The notes beneath the pieces are model-generated. The model was not told where the DNA came from and ran no database searches. It saw nothing but the letters and a program-made list of their open reading frames with translations. The translations under genes and the position numbers were made by a program. Below, in pieces: positions 1 through 11,537 of a stretch of 64,000 bases of DNA. Source of the DNA: an uncultured Candidatus Entotheonella sp. (GTDB lineage: Bacteria; Tectomicrobia; Entotheonellia; Entotheonellales; Entotheonellaceae). Each line of letters opens with the position of its first letter. The stretch's first letter is position 1. Where the stretch lies: NCBI GenBank assembly GCA_965215335.1, contig CBDCDA010000001.1:1376001-1440000 (forward strand), given 5' to 3'.

Positions 1-1092
1 GCGTCTCTCCTCGAACGTCGTCTCAATGCTCCAGCGCTTGATGAAACACGCCACGACATCACCTGCCTGGTCATGGGGACACGTCGAGAAGTATGCCCAC
101 CGGAGCGACAGGGGCGCGGCTGGCCGCTGCGATACCACAGGGCCGTGCCGCTACTGACCCGCAACCACCGCACCCGGCCAGCGTACCCGCAGGCTGCGGG
201 AGTCGCCGCGTCATCGAGGCGTTCGGCCAGCGTAGGCAGGCGTCTACCCTTGAGACGCGGGCGTCCCCGCGTGCTCGGTTGGCGAGGCGGCGGCGCTTCA
301 TGGAAAACCGCATCAAGGCGCAAGGGGGCAATCAGGCGCACCCCACAACGCCGACAGGCATGCCCGAGTTCAACGACGCTGTAGGCTTGATCGCCAAGCA
401 CGGTGATAGCGACATGCGGCAACCAGCGACGCACCACCCGGATCATCTGGCGGGCCCGCTGGGGCGATGATCTTGTGCCTCCCCAGACGCTCACTGACCT
501 GTGACGTTGGCGGCCGGCACGCTCAGGATGGGCAAGGCCCAGTAACGCGCCGTCCAGGGCGGCGTGACAACCAGGGTCAGCACGACCCAATGCAGCCCAC
601 TGGTGCTGACGGCGCGCTTGCGGCTGGAAGCCAGCGGGTCGCGATTAATGAGCGCGTTTGTTGATGCGTCGGCCCCAAAGCCTCTCCAGGGTCTCATCCA
701 TGACGAAGGTGAGGCTTCCGCCCAGCGGCGCCAAAGGTCTGCACCAACAGGGATAACAGACAGCGACTGCCTTTGAGGGTGGACCATCGGGCCCGGTTGA
801 GCACCTGATGATAGAGACTGAACGGCGGGGTGTCGTCCTGCCCGGTGTGTCGCAGGGCGGCCGTGACGGCACGTCGTCCGCGTGCCAACAGGGTTCCGAC
901 GAGCAGGCGTTGGACTTTGCTGCCAAGTGGGTGCACTGAAGAGGCTTTGAAAGGGTGCCAGCGTGGTTCAGGGTGTGCTTGAAGGGGGCATCGCTGACCT
1001 TGCTGCAAGATGGGTCGAGTGGAATCTGCCATCTTGCAATACGGGGGCGATGTCCCTGAATCCCTCCTCATTTTGTACAAAGTCGAGCTAAG
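1..1092 (-). mobile_element. Degenerate IS701/IS4-like DDE insertion sequence, copy 1 (runs off the window start)
   Basis: Frameshifted transposase fragments (GTLLARGRRAVTAALR...YHQVLNRARWS; WALPILSV). End sequence TTGTACAAAGTCGAGCTAAG at 1073-1092 matches the ends of copy 2. Confidence 0.8.
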
Positions 1093-1102
1093 GGGACCGG
1101 GT

Positions 1103-2002
1103 CTAATTCAGATAGTGATTGAGGGCTTTTTCCTTGGCCATGGCGCGCAGCTTGTTGCGGGCGCGGGTCTCGATCTGGCGTACCCGCTCGCGGGATAGGC
1201 TGAGTTCCCGCCCAATGGCCGCCAGGCTCTTCGGAGTGTCGTCGAAGCCGAAGCGGGCGCGCAGGATTTTGGCCTCACGCGGTTCAAGGCGGCGCAGGAG
1301 CTGTTGCATCTCCTTGGCCATGGATGCCTGAAAATAGATTTCCTCGCTGGAAAGCAGGGTGCTCGACTGCAGGAAGTCGAGCTGAGTGGTGTCGCCATCG
1401 TCCTGAATCGGCGTATCCAGAGACAGGTGGGGGCGGTACACGCGGAGCAGGTCCTGGATGTCCATCTCCTTCATATCCAGGGCGCTGGCCAGTTCGGCCA
1501 CCGTCGGCTCGGTGCCCATCGCGCGCTGCAGTTCATCGAACTTCTGGCGCAGCTTGGAGAGCGCCTCAGCCTGTTTGATGGGCAGGCGGACGGCGTTGCC
1601 GCCCTCGGCGATGGCGTGCATGATGGCTTGGCGAATCCACCACACGGCATAAGTGATGAAGCGCACGCCGCGCTCCGGGTCGAATTTCCCGGCGGCGTGC
1701 AGAAGGCCGAGGTTGCCTTCGTTGATCAGATCGGCGAGGGGCAGGCCGTAGCCCTGGTACTTGCTGGCCACCTGCACGACGAAGCGCAGGTTGCGCTCGA
1801 CCAATTCGTGCAGCGCCTCGGTGTTCCCGGTTTTGATGCGCTGACCCAAGGCGATTTCTTCTTCGGGGGTGGGTACGGACCTGCGACGCACCTCCACCAG
1901 ATACGCGGATAATGAACTGGGGGTAACGGCATTGAAACCGCGCCGTGGTATGCTCATGACGTTCCTTTGAGGAGGGTATCGGAAGGGAGAGACAGCGCTC
2001 AT
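1103..2002 (-). CDS. RNA polymerase sigma-70 family factor (RpoD/RpoS-like, lacks region 1.1)
   Basis: NLRFVVQVA, DLINEGNLGL, KFDPERGVRFITYAVWWIRQAI, SRERVRQIE. True start may be the Met at 1957. Confidence 0.92.
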   Translation of the reverse strand: MSAVSPFRYPPQRNVMSIPRRGFNAVTPSSLSAYLVEVRRRSVPTPEEEIALGQRIKTGNTEALHELVERNLRFVVQVASKYQGYGLPLADLINEGNLGLLHAAGKFDPERGVRFITYAVWWIRQAIMHAIAEGGNAVRLPIKQAEALSKLRQKFDELQRAMGTEPTVAELASALDMKEMDIQDLLRVYRPHLSLDTPIQDDGDTTQLDFLQSSTLLSSEEIYFQASMAKEMQQLLRRLEPREAKILRARFGFDDTPKSLAAIGRELSLSRERVRQIETRARNKLRAMAKEKALNHYLN

Positions 2003-2063
2003 GTTGCTGAATATTGATCCCTTCCGGAGGGAGGCTCAATGCTAGGCTGACCGAAGCGCGAAG

Positions 2064-3326
2064 TCAATATCGTGACGGGTGGATCAGGATGGAGTCGCGC
2101 TCGAATTCCATTGCGAAGTCGAAGGGCCTGAAAGACGCGGGCGCGTCGTCCACGCTGCCCCAGGAGCGCGTGAGGCTTGTCAGCAGGGTGTCCTGATGGG
2201 TGCGCAGGGCGGGACGGTTGCTGCCCTGGTTGAACAGCGCGAACCATACCGGCCCGTGCTTGCGCGTAAAGATGACCCCGCCCAGGGTACTGACGCCCCT
2301 CAGGGTACCCGTTTTGACGACGGCGTGCCGCGGCAGCTTGCGGCGCGCGAGGGTGCCGTTGTCGCGTCCGGCGATGGGAAAGACATCGGAGATGTTCAGG
2401 CCGTCGGGTTGCAGGAGGTTGTGAATGGCGATGAACAGGGCGCAGACCGCTCGGGGAGATATCTGATTGCTCCTGCCGAGTCCGGAGCCGTTGATCAGGC
2501 GCAATTCGTTGCGGCTTACGCCTGCCGCTTGAACGGCTGTCTGCCGCATTTTGCCGCTGCCGCCTGCGGCGATGGTGAGCATCTCGGCCATGGCGTTGTT
2601 GCTGTGGACGTTCATGCGCTTGAGGATGTCGAACAGCGGCAGCGAGCGGTGCCGGATGAGCGGTATCTGCCCACTCAGCGCCGCCTGCGCCGCCTGCACG
2701 GGGCCGGAAATGGCGACGCGCGGCTTGGGCGTGCCCCTGGGCAGCGTGCGGTACTGTGTCTTGGCGCTCTCGGGCCAGACAGCGGCGTTCAGCCCCCGTT
2801 TGAGCAGACCGCCAGCCTTGACGGGTTCCAGGACGAAATTCATGTAGAACTTGCCGACGATGAGCAGTCTACCATTGACCCGCGTGATGCCGACCTGCTT
2901 CAGGGCGTTGCCTAGCACGATGGCGTCCTCCCAGACGAAAAACGGATCGCTGCCGCCGTACACGACGAGATCGCCGTGCAAGACACCTTCGCGGATGGTG
3001 CCGATGGCCCCGATCAGCGTCGGGAAGCGGTGCAGCGGCCCCCAGGTGCGCAGGGCAGCCAAGGTGGTGGCGACTTTGGTCAGCGATGCGGCCGGCAACG
3101 GTACGTTGCCTCGATGGTGCAGCAGGACCGACTGCGCCGATTGCAGCCACACGCCCTGCGCGTCCTGGGTCTTGCCGTGCTTGGCGGCGTTGGCGAGGTA
3201 GCGCTGCAGGGCCTGCCAGGCGGCACGGTCACGCTCTTCCGGCAACGTGGTCGCGGGGGGCAGGACGAGGCTCAACAGAACGAACCACGCAGCCGTCGAT
3301 GCCAAGTGCCGAAGCCCTTTGCTCAT
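2064..3326 (-). CDS. dacB: D-Ala-D-Ala carboxypeptidase/endopeptidase (PBP4, peptidase S13)
   Basis: SxxK (ASLTK), SNN, NGSGL and KTGT motifs; signal-like N-terminus from ATG 3326. The longer ORF call runs into the IS. Confidence 0.88.
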   Translation of the reverse strand: MSKGLRHLASTAAWFVLLSLVLPPATTLPEERDRAAWQALQRYLANAAKHGKTQDAQGVWLQSAQSVLLHHRGNVPLPAASLTKVATTLAALRTWGPLHRFPTLIGAIGTIREGVLHGDLVVYGGSDPFFVWEDAIVLGNALKQVGITRVNGRLLIVGKFYMNFVLEPVKAGGLLKRGLNAAVWPESAKTQYRTLPRGTPKPRVAISGPVQAAQAALSGQIPLIRHRSLPLFDILKRMNVHSNNAMAEMLTIAAGGSGKMRQTAVQAAGVSRNELRLINGSGLGRSNQISPRAVCALFIAIHNLLQPDGLNISDVFPIAGRDNGTLARRKLPRHAVVKTGTLRGVSTLGGVIFTRKHGPVWFALFNQGSNRPALRTHQDTLLTSLTRSWGSVDDAPASFRPFDFAMEFERDSILIHPSRY

Positions 3327-3404
3327 TGGCGAATCCCTGGTTGGTTGCGGGCTGTCGATAGGAATGGCAGGCTTGTCATCGTGGTCGGCGGCATTGAAAC
3401 GGGT

Positions 3405-4860
3405 CTCAGCTCGACTTTGTACAACTCTGGCAGGTATCAGTGCGTATAATAGACCGATTGCATCAAGCCCTGCAGACAGACCCGAGGGACTTCTATCAAC
3501 TCGGTGTCGGGCGTTGATGTTGAAAAATACTCGACCTCCCAACAGACGGCGCCGCACCGACGCCAACGTATCGCTGAACGTTGCCTGCTGCTTGACATGC
3601 CAGGCACGCCTTCACACTGTCAAGCGACCCCCAGATACAGGCCGTGAGCCAACAGGGCCACCAGCGAATACAAGCTCAGCAGACACGGCGTCGTGCGCTC
3701 AATCGCCAAGTCCGACCCCTGGCGCTGGGTCTCGAAGCCCAAGTGGGCGCGGCTTTCCTCGAACGTGGTCGTGATGCTCCAGCGCTTGATGAAACACGTC
3801 ACAATATCACCTGCCGAATCGCTCGCACACGTCGAGAAGTACGCCCGCGGCGAGCAGTGGGCGTCAACGCGGCGCACCAACACCCACGACAGCGGCGGCT
3901 GCGATATCCACAGCGTCGTGCCGCTCGTGACCTGCAACCATCGCACGCGGCCATCGTATCAGTGCACACGCAGGGGCTGCCAGCAGGTTGCCGCATCACC
4001 GAGACGTCCGGCCAAAGAGGGCGGGCGCCTACCCTCGAGACGCGGACGTCCTCGCGTGCCCGGTTGGCGCGGCGGCGCTTCATGGAAAACCACGTCAAGG
4101 CGCAGAGGCGCGATCAGGCGCACCCCGCACCGCCGACAGGCATGCCCGAGTTCCGCGACACTGCAGGCTTGATCGCCGAGCACGGTGAAAGCGACGTACG
4201 GCAACCAACGCCGTACCATCCGGATCATCTGACGCGCCCACTTGGGAAATGGTCCTGTGTCTCAGCCCCAGGCGCTCACTGACCTGTGGCGTGGGCGCTG
4301 GCACGCTCAGGAAGGGCAAGGCCCAAGGGCGTTGTTCCAGGGCGGCGTGACAACCAAGGTCAGAGCGATCCAGCGCGGCCCGCTGGTGCTCACGGTCTGC
4401 TTGCGACTGGAAGCCAAGGGGTCGGTAGTGACCGCGCTTGTCGAGGCGAAGGCCCCGGCGTCGCTCCAGGGTTTCGTCAATGACGAAGGCGAGGTTGCCG
4501 CCAGCGGCGTCGAAGGTCTGCACCAGCAGAGACAGCAGACAGCGGCTACCCTTGAGAGTGGACCATCGGGCGCGGTTGAACACCTGATGGTAGAGACTGA
4601 ACGACGGGGTGCCTTGCTGTCCTGTGTGTCGCAGGGCTGCCGTGATGGTGCGCCGTCCGCGGGCCAACAGGGTGCCGATGAGCAGGCGTTGGACTTTACT
4701 GCCAAGTGGATACGCTGGAGAGACCTTGAAGGGACGCCAGGACCGTGCTACTGTGCGCTGAAGGGGACATCGTTGACCTTTTGGAGTGGAACTTGCCATC
4801 TTGCAACACAGGAGCGATGTCCCTGGATACCCCCCTCATTTTGTACAAAGTAGAGCTAAG
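3405..4860 (-). mobile_element. Degenerate IS701/IS4-like insertion sequence, copy 2
   Basis: TIRs CTCGACTTTGTACAA (3410-3424) and TTGTACAAAGTAGAG (4841-4855), flanked by CTCAG/CTAAG. Transposase split over several frames (IDETLERR, KRWSITTTFEESRAHLGFETQRQ). Confidence 0.85.
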
Positions 4861-5014
4861 AGGGTGTTTGTGAATAGCGACGCCTCTCCGGGAGCACGGA
4901 CATCTTGCCCGCATGGCCCCTTTTTGCGAGCTGGAAGCCCGCACGCTTCCAGGCATGGGAATCGCCGCTCTGAAACCGGTCAAAGCGGCTACAGGATCGT
5001 TCACAAAAACCCTC
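4860..5014. mobile_element. MITE with 15-bp TIRs and an internal REP-like palindrome
   Basis: GAGGGTGTTTGTGAA (4860-4874) vs TTCACAAAAACCCTC (5000-5014), 14/15 inverted match; flanks TAA/TGA; no credible ORF. Confidence 0.65.
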
Positions 5015-5044
5015 TGAAGGTGAGCTTCCAATGCAGATAAGAGC

Positions 5045-6568
5045 TTGATGATGCAAGATACGCGACAACAGGCGGAGAATCAACCCTTGGCGGCAGACAG
5101 CACCCTGGCGATGGACGCCAAGACGGTGCGGGAACTAGGATACCGCATCGTCGATATGATTACCGACGACCTGACCCATCCCACCCGCCGGCCGGTGTTT
5201 CCCCCCGCCCAGACACGCGAGGCGATGGAGGCGGTCTTTGGCGGCCCGGTGCCGCGGGATGGCATGGACGTTGACGAGTTGTTGACGATCATCCGTGACC
5301 AGTTGCTATCCGCGGCGGGCAATCCCAACCACCCGCGCATGATGGCGTACGTCCTGTCCGCGTCTACGCCCCTGACGGCGCTCATTGAGGCGTTGGTCAG
5401 CAGCATCAAGCTGCGCCCGACCACGTGGAAGAACCAACCAGCGAGTTGCCAGATCGAGATCACGGTAGCGCACTGGCTCGGCGGCATGGTGGGCTTCTCC
5501 GACAACGCCGCCGGCTACGTGACCACCGGCGGCTCGTGGGCCAACCTGGTGGCCCTGGCTGTCGCGCGGGTGCGCCGGGCTGGTTGGGACGTACGGTCCG
5601 AGGGCGTTGCGCAGCGTCCGGCGCTGACGGCTTACGTCTCCAGTGAAGCCCACTCGTGTATCGACCGCAGCGCGGAGCTCCTCGGCATGGGCGCTGCGCA
5701 ACTGCGCAAAATCCCGGTGGACGACGGGTTTCGCATCGATCTGGACGCCCTGGAGTCGTCGGTCCGGGCCGACATCCGCGCCGGCTGCAGGCCGTTCTGC
5801 CTCATCGGCAACGCCGGCACTGTGAACACTGGCGCGGTCGATCCCCTCGACCGCTTGGCCGATATCGCCCAGCGCCATGACATGTGGTTCCACGTCGACG
5901 GCGCGTACGGCGCCCTTGCCAGCCTTGCCCCCGAAGCGCGCCCGCTGTTCAAGGGGTTGGAGCGTGCCGACTCGCTCACTCTCGACCCCCACAAGTGGCT
6001 CAATACGCCCTTCGAGGCCGGTTGCATCCTCACCCGGGAATGGCGCGACCTCGGCGATACCTTCAGCCTCATTCCGCCTTACCTGCGGGGCGCCATGGGC
6101 AGCGAGCACAACCAATACGAATACGGCTTCGAGCTGAGCCGTACCGACCGTGCACTCAAAGTCTGGCTCGCCCTGCGCCAGTACGGCGTCGACCGCTATG
6201 CCGAGTTGATCGCCAACCATCTCGCCCTGGCCCGCCACCTCGCCGCCCGCCTCGAGGCCACCGAGGATTTCGAATTGCTTGCCCCGGTCGTGCTGAGCAT
6301 CTGCTGCTTCCGCTACGTCCCGTCCGATCTGACCCCCGTCGCTCCGGCCGTCGAAACCTACCTCAATACCCTCAACCATGCCCTCGAGATGGCCCTCGCT
6401 TCCGATGGCCGTGCCCTCGTCTCCGGCACCGATCTCAACGGCACCCGCGTCCTCCGCGCATGCATCGTCAGTCATCCCGTCACCCGCGCCAGCGTGGACG
6501 AAACCCTGGCGCTGCTGCAGCAACTCGGCCAGCAACTCGATCGCGACATGCGCGGACAGTTGGGATGA
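5045..6568 (+). CDS. Group II PLP-dependent decarboxylase (aromatic L-amino acid/glutamate decarboxylase family)
   Basis: GGSWAN, AHSC, AGTVNTGAVDPL, HVDGAYG, DPHKWL (PLP lysine). Confidence 0.92.
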   Translation: MMMQDTRQQAENQPLAADSTLAMDAKTVRELGYRIVDMITDDLTHPTRRPVFPPAQTREAMEAVFGGPVPRDGMDVDELLTIIRDQLLSAAGNPNHPRMMAYVLSASTPLTALIEALVSSIKLRPTTWKNQPASCQIEITVAHWLGGMVGFSDNAAGYVTTGGSWANLVALAVARVRRAGWDVRSEGVAQRPALTAYVSSEAHSCIDRSAELLGMGAAQLRKIPVDDGFRIDLDALESSVRADIRAGCRPFCLIGNAGTVNTGAVDPLDRLADIAQRHDMWFHVDGAYGALASLAPEARPLFKGLERADSLTLDPHKWLNTPFEAGCILTREWRDLGDTFSLIPPYLRGAMGSEHNQYEYGFELSRTDRALKVWLALRQYGVDRYAELIANHLALARHLAARLEATEDFELLAPVVLSICCFRYVPSDLTPVAPAVETYLNTLNHALEMALASDGRALVSGTDLNGTRVLRACIVSHPVTRASVDETLALLQQLGQQLDRDMRGQLG

Positions 6569-6607
6569 TGCAGGCGGTGGGAGTCTATTCTGGTATATAC
6601 TCAATCC

Positions 6608-7069
6608 ATGACCTTTCTGGAGAAGATATGCGCCGTCCTGCGAGAAGCCGGCGTGCGCTACGCGGTGGCAGGGGGCTATGCCGTGGCCTTGCACGGCGCC
6701 GTGCGCGGGACGATCGACGTTGACGTGGTACTGCGCTGGACACAGCAGGCACTTACCGGAGCGGAAGCGGCGCTGAACGGCATCGGTCTGGTGTCGCGGC
6801 TACCGGTGACCGCCCGCGAGGTCTTCGCGTTTCGCGACGAGTACGTTAAGAATCGCAATCTCATCGCCTGGAATTTCTACAACCCGGACAACCCGTTGGA
6901 GCAGGTGGACATCATCATCACCTACGATCTGACGGGCAAGCGAACCCGGCGGGTGACCCTGCCCTCGGGGCCGGTGCAAGTGCTGTCGGCAAAGGATCTG
7001 ATCGTCATGAAGCGGGCGAGCGGCAGACCGCAGGACATCGAAGACATTCGGGCGCTGGAGCGGCTGTGA
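6608..7069 (+). CDS. Minimal nucleotidyltransferase-like protein (DUF6036-like)
   Basis: GGYAVALHG...TIDVDV (GG/DxD) and C-terminal K...RPQDIED. Confidence 0.75.
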   Translation: MTFLEKICAVLREAGVRYAVAGGYAVALHGAVRGTIDVDVVLRWTQQALTGAEAALNGIGLVSRLPVTAREVFAFRDEYVKNRNLIAWNFYNPDNPLEQVDIIITYDLTGKRTRRVTLPSGPVQVLSAKDLIVMKRASGRPQDIEDIRALERL

Positions 7070-7326
7070 TGGGTGCCGAGCGTCCCCTGCAAAGATTTTC
7101 CGACGCGCACCTCGAACGGTGCCGTGAGCTGTCCCCTGAGGATATCGTTCGTTTCCTGGACGATTTCCGAAAACTTCACGGCGCCGCAACCACCCGCTCG
7201 CGGCTCATCAGCCTGAAAGTGCCCGAGCCGCTTCTGGCGGCGTTCAAGGCCAAGGCGCGGTTGCATAAGGTGCCTTACCAGACGCAGATCAAGAACCTCA
7301 TGCAGGCATGGCTGAAGGAATCGTAA
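7066..7326 (+). CDS. Small CopG/BrnA-like ribbon-helix-helix antitoxin-like protein
   Basis: ISLKVPEPLLAAFKAKA...PYQTQIKNLM; 4-nt overlap with the NTase gene. Confidence 0.7.
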   Translation: MMGAERPLQRFSDAHLERCRELSPEDIVRFLDDFRKLHGAATTRSRLISLKVPEPLLAAFKAKARLHKVPYQTQIKNLMQAWLKES

Positions 7327-8286
7327 ATGCAGCAGGAGAATCTGCGCATGCGCCGCCGTATCATCCTCGACTGCGACCCGGGCCGCGATGACGCCTTGGC
7401 CATTGCGCTGGTGCTCGCTTCGGCAGCAGAGATCGAGCTGGTTGGTATCACCGCGGTGGCCGGCAACGTGCCGCTGGCACTAACGTACCGGAATGCGCGC
7501 TTCATCTGTGACCTGTGCGGCTTTCCGGGCGTGCCGGTACACGCGGGTGCCGACAGACCGCTGGCGCGGGAACCCGTGACCGGCACGCGGGCGCACGGGG
7601 AAAGCGGGCTGGAGGGCATAACGGTGGACGTGCCGCCAGCCGCCGTCGAACCGGATGGCGCGACCGCCTTCATGAATGAAACGTTGCGCGCTGCCGAGGA
7701 TGACGAGATCACCTTCGTTGCAATCGGCCCGCTGACCAATTTCGCGGTCTTCGTTGCGCAATCCCCGGAGTTGCTGCCAAAAATTCGGCAGATCGTGCTC
7801 ATGGGCGGGGCGTCGCGGGCTGATGGCAACGTAACGTCGGCGGCCGAATTCAATATCTATGCCGACCCGCACGCCGCGGCGCGGGTTTTCGACTGCGGGC
7901 GTCCGCTGACCATCGTGAGCCTCGACGCCACCCATCAGGTACTTGCCACCCCTGCCCACGGCGAGCGCCTGGCGCGCGGCGGCGGCGAACCGGCGCGGCG
8001 TCTGGCCACCCTGTTGCGTCCCGCCACCCACAGCCGCGTGGCCCGCTTCGGTCCAGACCGCCTGCCGATTCATGATCCCTGCGCCATTGCCTGGCTGTTG
8101 CGGCCGGGGTTGTTCCGGACCGAGCCTGTTCCGGTTGCCGTGGAGACCGAGGGGACGCACACGCTGGGCGCCACCATAGTGGATTGGTGGGGCGTGACCG
8201 GCAAACTGCCGAACGCTCACTGGGTAACAGCGGTTGACGGCGAGAGCGTTCTCGACCTCCTCATCGAGCGTATCGGGCGGCTATAG
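7327..8286 (+). CDS. Inosine/uridine-preferring nucleoside hydrolase (Rih family)
   Basis: DCDPGRDDA, GPLTN, MGG, AEFNIYADP, HDP motifs. Confidence 0.93.
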   Translation: MQQENLRMRRRIILDCDPGRDDALAIALVLASAAEIELVGITAVAGNVPLALTYRNARFICDLCGFPGVPVHAGADRPLAREPVTGTRAHGESGLEGITVDVPPAAVEPDGATAFMNETLRAAEDDEITFVAIGPLTNFAVFVAQSPELLPKIRQIVLMGGASRADGNVTSAAEFNIYADPHAAARVFDCGRPLTIVSLDATHQVLATPAHGERLARGGGEPARRLATLLRPATHSRVARFGPDRLPIHDPCAIAWLLRPGLFRTEPVPVAVETEGTHTLGATIVDWWGVTGKLPNAHWVTAVDGESVLDLLIERIGRL

Positions 8287-8406
8287 CCCGCGGCTGCTGA
8301 CAGCAGACCCCGCCGACGTCGATCTTTTCGAAACGCATCGCAAGACGGCGGAAGTGTTTGAGCTTGCAAAAGAAGTTCTCCACCAGGTGACGCCCCACTT
8401 GTACAC

Positions 8407-8889
8407 CTAGTTGCCGACCCTCCTCACGAAAATGGCGTTCTCGATCCGCTCAAAGGCGTTCTGGTAGACGGCGGCATCAAGGATCGTCGTATCCTGCCTG
8501 TCTGTTTGGCCATAGATGCCGGAGTCTCGTCTGCTGGCGACGAAATTGAGCCGCACCCTGGACCTGCCGCCAATCTGTTCAATGAATGCCGTCGCTCTTG
8601 TTTGCTCAACGCTTGTAACACCTGCCAGTACCGTGAGCATATTGTTATTGCTGGTAGCAGGGCTTTCCGTGGTGATAAGTCCGGTGTCTAGGTCCGCACT
8701 ATTGACAATGTAGCCAAGGTCCTGGAACACGGACATGACGCTGGCGAACACGATAGCCTTATCGCGTCCGTACTCACGAGTTTGAAGACTTTGAATCTGA
8801 AGTGGCGTCAGGGTAGGACTTGGCGGCACACAACCAGTCAGGAAAACCAACCCCACGGCGGACATCAGTATCTTTAAGTTGCTTTTCAC
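8407..8889 (-). CDS. Hypothetical lipoprotein
   Basis: Lipobox LTGC after a hydrophobic stretch; GGAGG RBS upstream. Confidence 0.7.
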   Translation of the reverse strand: MKSNLKILMSAVGLVFLTGCVPPSPTLTPLQIQSLQTREYGRDKAIVFASVMSVFQDLGYIVNSADLDTGLITTESPATSNNNMLTVLAGVTSVEQTRATAFIEQIGGRSRVRLNFVASRRDSGIYGQTDRQDTTILDAAVYQNAFERIENAIFVRRVGN

Positions 8890-8917
8890 CCTAATCCCCC
8901 TCCCAAGAAGCTGGAAC

Positions 8918-9337
8918 TCAGAAGTCGGAGGTCCTGCTCCGGAAACCCGTCACCACGTTGTTGCTGTCGAATTTGATGATGAGCGTGATCATCCGGGAGC
9001 CGGTCTCTAAGCCGGAGGCGGATGAGCTCTGACCCGCCAGGATAACCGTCCAGTAGCCGGACCGGCGCGCTGATTGAGCTACCTGGGCGGCTCTCTGGTA
9101 GGTCCAGACCTCCCGGCCGCTGCCGTCGCGGGTGGTAATGTTCGGCGCGCCGAAGATTTCCAATACTTCGGATTTGGTCGTTCGGCCAACGACCAGATTC
9201 ATCTGCACGTTCCCTTGGGTCAGGGCAGAATTTCTGTCCGTAACGGGTTGCGGTGGTGACACGCAGCTGGGCAATACCAAACCGAGACCGATGAAGAGCA
9301 TCGACCAAAGAGCAATTGATGGCACACGTAATTTCAT
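8918..9337 (-). CDS. Lipoprotein with SmpA/BamE-like domain
   Basis: Lipobox LPSC; GRTTKSEVLEIFGAP...EVWTY...IKFD pattern. Confidence 0.65.
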   Translation of the reverse strand: MKLRVPSIALWSMLFIGLGLVLPSCVSPPQPVTDRNSALTQGNVQMNLVVGRTTKSEVLEIFGAPNITTRDGSGREVWTYQRAAQVAQSARRSGYWTVILAGQSSSASGLETGSRMITLIIKFDSNNVVTGFRSRTSDF

Positions 9338-9452
9338 TAACCTGTCTCCAAAAGTCCGTCCCAGTTCGTGATGGACACTTCTTGGTCTTTTCACCCTGTC
9401 GTTCCGCTTCATGCGTCTTCCTGCCATCTCACAGGCTAGCATATTGCACACC

Positions 9453-11096
<1,644 letters not shown>

Positions 11097-11537
11097 CGCT
11101 TTCGGTCCTCCTTGCCTAAGTGCAACTATTTGCAAAAAAGCCCTTCCAGTATGCTGTTCTGCCATGGGGCGTTACCCTGATTCTCTGGCACCGGGCATGT
11201 CCAGACCGAGCCACGCCGGTGAATTGAGGCGGCGGAACCATATAGAGGAGAGAATATGAACCCCCTATCGCTCTGCGTTGCCGGCAAAGTAAAGGGTCTT
11301 TTGTCGTCGTACGTCGTCCCTCGCTCGCAATATTTGCATGGGCGCACCTCTCAAGTCCCCACCTTCGGCAACGTCCCCACAACCCCTTGACAGCCGCCGT
11401 ACCGACCCCCAATATGACCTCCGAGGGCTCTTGGAACGTTAGTGGCGCATACTTTAACCGCGCCCTCAGATTGTCAAGAAACCAGGACCCCCTCAGTTTT
11501 TTGCAATTGTCAGGAAATAGCAGGTGCTTATGGATTT

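Noticed and set aside
1103..2002. Sigma factor as the target of the RsbW-like protein
   Set aside because: It is RpoD/RpoS-like and 19 kb away; RsbW-type proteins typically bind SigB/SigF-type factors, so no link can be supported.
3327..3566. N-terminal extension of dacB in the ORF track
   Set aside because: Runs into the IS terminal repeat; the signal-like sequence starts at 3326.
11170..11537. Glycine riboswitch upstream of gcvT
   Set aside because: A GGAGAG is present, but the CCGAAG and CTCTCAGG aptamer elements were not found.
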